DNA of 64,000 nt from positions 96,001 to 160,000 of the forward strand of contig OY969100.1 in assembly GCA_963697895.1 (NCBI GenBank), read 5' to 3'. A program made the translations under genes and the position numbers. Of this stretch, positions 61,565 through 64,000 are shown piece by piece; within the stretch, counting starts at the first letter, position 1, and each line of letters starts with the position of its first letter. Below the pieces are notes generated by a model, which did not search any database, was not told the DNA's origin, and was given only the letters and a program-made list of their open reading frames with translations. This DNA is from an uncultured Methanomicrobiales archaeon. Lineage in GTDB: Archaea; Halobacteriota; Methanomicrobia; Methanomicrobiales; Methanospirillaceae.

Positions 61565-62290
61565 CTATTTCCGGCGTAATAATTGTTTTTTAACGGCACC
61601 GACCCTATCCCAGACGGTCGGCTGGTAAAAGGTGTATGTGATACCGGTGGCAGGGGCCATCAGACAGGGACGACACTTCCCGCAGGGCAACCCGTGTTTG
61701 GGATAATGACAAAACCAGGTCAGTTCCATGATATCGAAGAAGCCCTGTTCCTCCGATATTGCCCGCATCTCGGCTTTGGTGAGGTGGCAGACCGGGAACC
61801 GGAAATATTTGAACATCTCTATCGCAGGTTCCGGAATCGGTCCCTCTATCCGGCATTCATGGCCTTTTCCGGTCAGCAATGGCCGGATAAAATCCCGGAA
61901 CAGCAATAAATCTGCATTAAATCCCGATAATTTTTCGATACACAATTCCAGCCCGTTCCCGGAATACTTGGCAAAATACGCCAATAGCTCATATTGTCCT
62001 CCGATATGCACCAATGTTTTCAGTCGCTGAAAACACCGGGTTATCTCCTCGTCCCTCGGGATCGATTCGCCCCAGACCATGTTCACCGGCAACAGGTTCG
62101 CGGCCCGGGTGGGAAATGTGTCCCGGACGCGTTGCCGGATCCTCGTCATCGCAATGACCTCCTGGGCGAGCGAGTGGTACGGTCCGACAATATAATGGGG
62201 CTGCACCGTCCTGTTCTCGATCACTGCCAGTTCAAGAACCCGGTATGTGGAATCCCAGCCACCTGTCCAGAGGACATCGATTGCATCCAT
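61565..62290 (-). CDS. QueC-like N-type ATP pyrophosphatase, copy 2
   Basis: WTGGWDSTY and WFCHYPKHGLPCGKCRPC; closely similar to 55944-56705. Confidence 0.78.
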   Translation of the reverse strand: MDAIDVLWTGGWDSTYRVLELAVIENRTVQPHYIVGPYHSLAQEVIAMTRIRQRVRDTFPTRAANLLPVNMVWGESIPRDEEITRCFQRLKTLVHIGGQYELLAYFAKYSGNGLELCIEKLSGFNADLLLFRDFIRPLLTGKGHECRIEGPIPEPAIEMFKYFRFPVCHLTKAEMRAISEEQGFFDIMELTWFCHYPKHGLPCGKCRPCLMAPATGITYTFYQPTVWDRVGAVKKQLLRRK

Positions 62291-62831
62291 TCGATATGCC
62301 TATGACACTATTTTCCCTGGATTTTATAAAACATCCCGTACCCGAGACGAGAGGAGAGATCGGATAAACCACTTTCCCTGAGCCGTTCCTTTTCCTGAAG
62401 GTATGGGGAAGAATTCTTCCGCACGTATGCGAAAAGGCAGATCCTTTTAACCTAATCAACACGGGACCGTGAATAACAAACAAATCCAGGAGAGCGTGAT
62501 AGCTCTTTTATGTATCAGGATCTGGTGAATCACATGATTCAATCAAATTTCCGTCTTTCTACGCCACTAACTGCCTTGGCAGGAGGATCCATTCTTTAAG
62601 AAAAACGAACCCTTGTTCAGATTCGAAGGTCTGCGAACATATCCCTGGTATCGTGGGAACGGGTCCGAAGGGATTTGGACCGGGCCACAGGGTGAAAAAG
62701 CCGGGCACTTCTCCCGAACCGGGCTACAAGTCCCACCCGTGCGCCGAGCAGCCTTATTGCAATGCGGGAAACTGTTAAACATATCTTAAGGTATATGAAG
62801 CTCGGTACGTGGTACATGAATTGAGAAAGCG

Positions 62832-64000
62832 ATGAACCGGATTATCGATCGCGAACATTATCAGCAGACCCGGACGATCAAGCCACCGGAACCCGCCGCA
62901 ATCGTGCACTGGCTGAGAGAAAACCATCTGTTAACCACACCGTATTACCTGCATATCAACGGGGAAAATGCCGAAATTGGCTGGCAGGCGAAAGAACATA
63001 TTTCATTCCTGGATGGGCAGACCAGTGTTGCCGAAGACTGGGTTCCGGCAGTCAAGCGAATCGGCGATCAGGCTGCCGCCGCCGACAGCAAGGCATTCGG
63101 CTATCTTGGGTTTGACGTCTGTTGCGACAGTCCGCAGGGTTTTGCTCCCGATAACAGTTCTCCCTTCCCGCTTGTCCAGTTTTTTATTCCCGAACACAGA
63201 ATCTGCATCGAGGCCGGGAAGATTGAATACAGGGGTACCGACTCCGGCCTGCTTGAGAAGATCCTGAATGCCCCTGCCGTCTCCATACCCCTGCAACTGC
63301 CTCAGTCCCCCCCTGACGTGGAGTTCCCTGAACGGGCCTTCATGGAGGCGGTTGCCGCCGCGAAACGATCCATGACGGATGGTATCTCCAAAGTGGTCCT
63401 GTCACGTTACCTGGGATTTGATTACGATGCCGATCTGCTGGAGTTGTTCAGCGGCTATTGTCTGCATCAACAATATGCAGATGCCATTCTCATGGATTTC
63501 GGCTCAGTCGGTGCCGCTATTGCTTCCCCGGAACTTCTGATCGAGATCGACTCAGGGATGATTTTAGCCAATCCTCTCGCAGGTACCCGAGCCCTGGGCA
63601 GGGATGCTGCCGAAAACAACAAGTTGGCGCAGGAACTCCTCCGTGATCGCAAAGAACTTGCGGAGCACACGCTGGGTTTGCTGCAGATGCTGAAGGAACT
63701 GGAACCCTGCTGTGAGCCGGGGACGCTGGTGGTGAAAAAATTGCTGGACATCGTTCAAAGGAACAATATCATGCACCTGAGTTCTGAGTTGAGGGGACGG
63801 CTCGGTGCCGACAAGCATTGCATCGATGCAATGCTGTCGCTGTTCCCGAGCACCATGGTCAGTGGCGTGCCCAAGGCCGAATCCATCAAGCTCCTGCAGG
63901 ATCTGGAACCTTTTCCGAGGGGCTTGTTTGCCGGCACTGTAGGCTGGATATCCGGGCGTAACTGCCGGTTTCCCCTGACCATTCGCGGCATGTACAAATA
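62832..64000 (+). CDS. Chorismate-binding MST-family enzyme, salicylate-synthase-like (partial, runs off the window)
   Basis: Translated by hand; absent from the ORF track because no stop codon is in the window. Motifs FGYLGFD, KVVLSR, SPELL, NPLAGTRALG, DRKELAEH, HLSS, LFPSTMVSGVPK, LEPFPRGLFAG. Confidence 0.88.
   Translation, partial: MNRIIDREHYQQTRTIKPPEPAAIVHWLRENHLLTTPYYLHINGENAEIGWQAKEHISFLDGQTSVAEDWVPAVKRIGDQAAAADSKAFGYLGFDVCCDSPQGFAPDNSSPFPLVQFFIPEHRICIEAGKIEYRGTDSGLLEKILNAPAVSIPLQLPQSPPDVEFPERAFMEAVAAAKRSMTDGISKVVLSRYLGFDYDADLLELFSGYCLHQQYADAILMDFGSVGAAIASPELLIEIDSGMILANPLAGTRALGRDAAENNKLAQELLRDRKELAEHTLGLLQMLKELEPCCEPGTLVVKKLLDIVQRNNIMHLSSELRGRLGADKHCIDAMLSLFPSTMVSGVPKAESIKLLQDLEPFPRGLFAGTVGWISGRNCRFPLTIRGMYK

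Noticed and set aside
55944-62290. QueC-like genes as a Qat, CBASS or Dpd anti-phage or DNA-modification system
   Set aside because: No TatD, KAP ATPase, cyclase or TGT-like partner is visible; the neighbours are glycan genes.
62300-62830. Short ORFs upstream of the chorismate-binding gene
   Set aside because: No motifs or coding bias; probably a divergent promoter region.

Overview
The window looks archaeal, most likely a Methanomicrobiales methanogen (inferred from AglB, DUF1616, archaeal-type toxin-antitoxin (TA) modules and TATA-like promoters). It is dominated by cell-surface glycosylation genes of mixed base composition. (1) 1-5.4 kb: an AT-rich cassette (GT4/GT2, nucleotidyltransferase, split dTMP-kinase-like gene) abutting decayed wecB and GT2 genes. 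(2) 7.6-12.9 kb: a dense TA cluster with intact vapBC, MNT-HEPN and hicBA plus at least four remnants; its modules are separated by degenerate direct copies of the 3' end of an EamA transporter gene. (3) 13-29 kb: secreted/S-layer-like paralogs, DUF1616, a MoxR-DUF58-DUF4350-DUF4129-type operon, a beta-propeller and a sugar dehydrogenase. (4) 29-62 kb: rmlCBDA, Wzm/Wzt, many glycosyltransferases, a CBS-fused sugar dehydrogenase/NeuB/NeuA operon, an AglB-like oligosaccharyltransferase whose WWDYG motif reads RWPAG, and an ATP-grasp x2/AsnB/QueC-like x2 module with a low-GC cassette between the QueC-like copies. (5) A salicylate-synthase-like gene runs off the right edge. Several single-base frameshifts may be assembly errors. 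No rRNA, tRNA, CRISPR array, integrase or transposase was recognised. All calls come from reading motifs by eye; no database searches were run.
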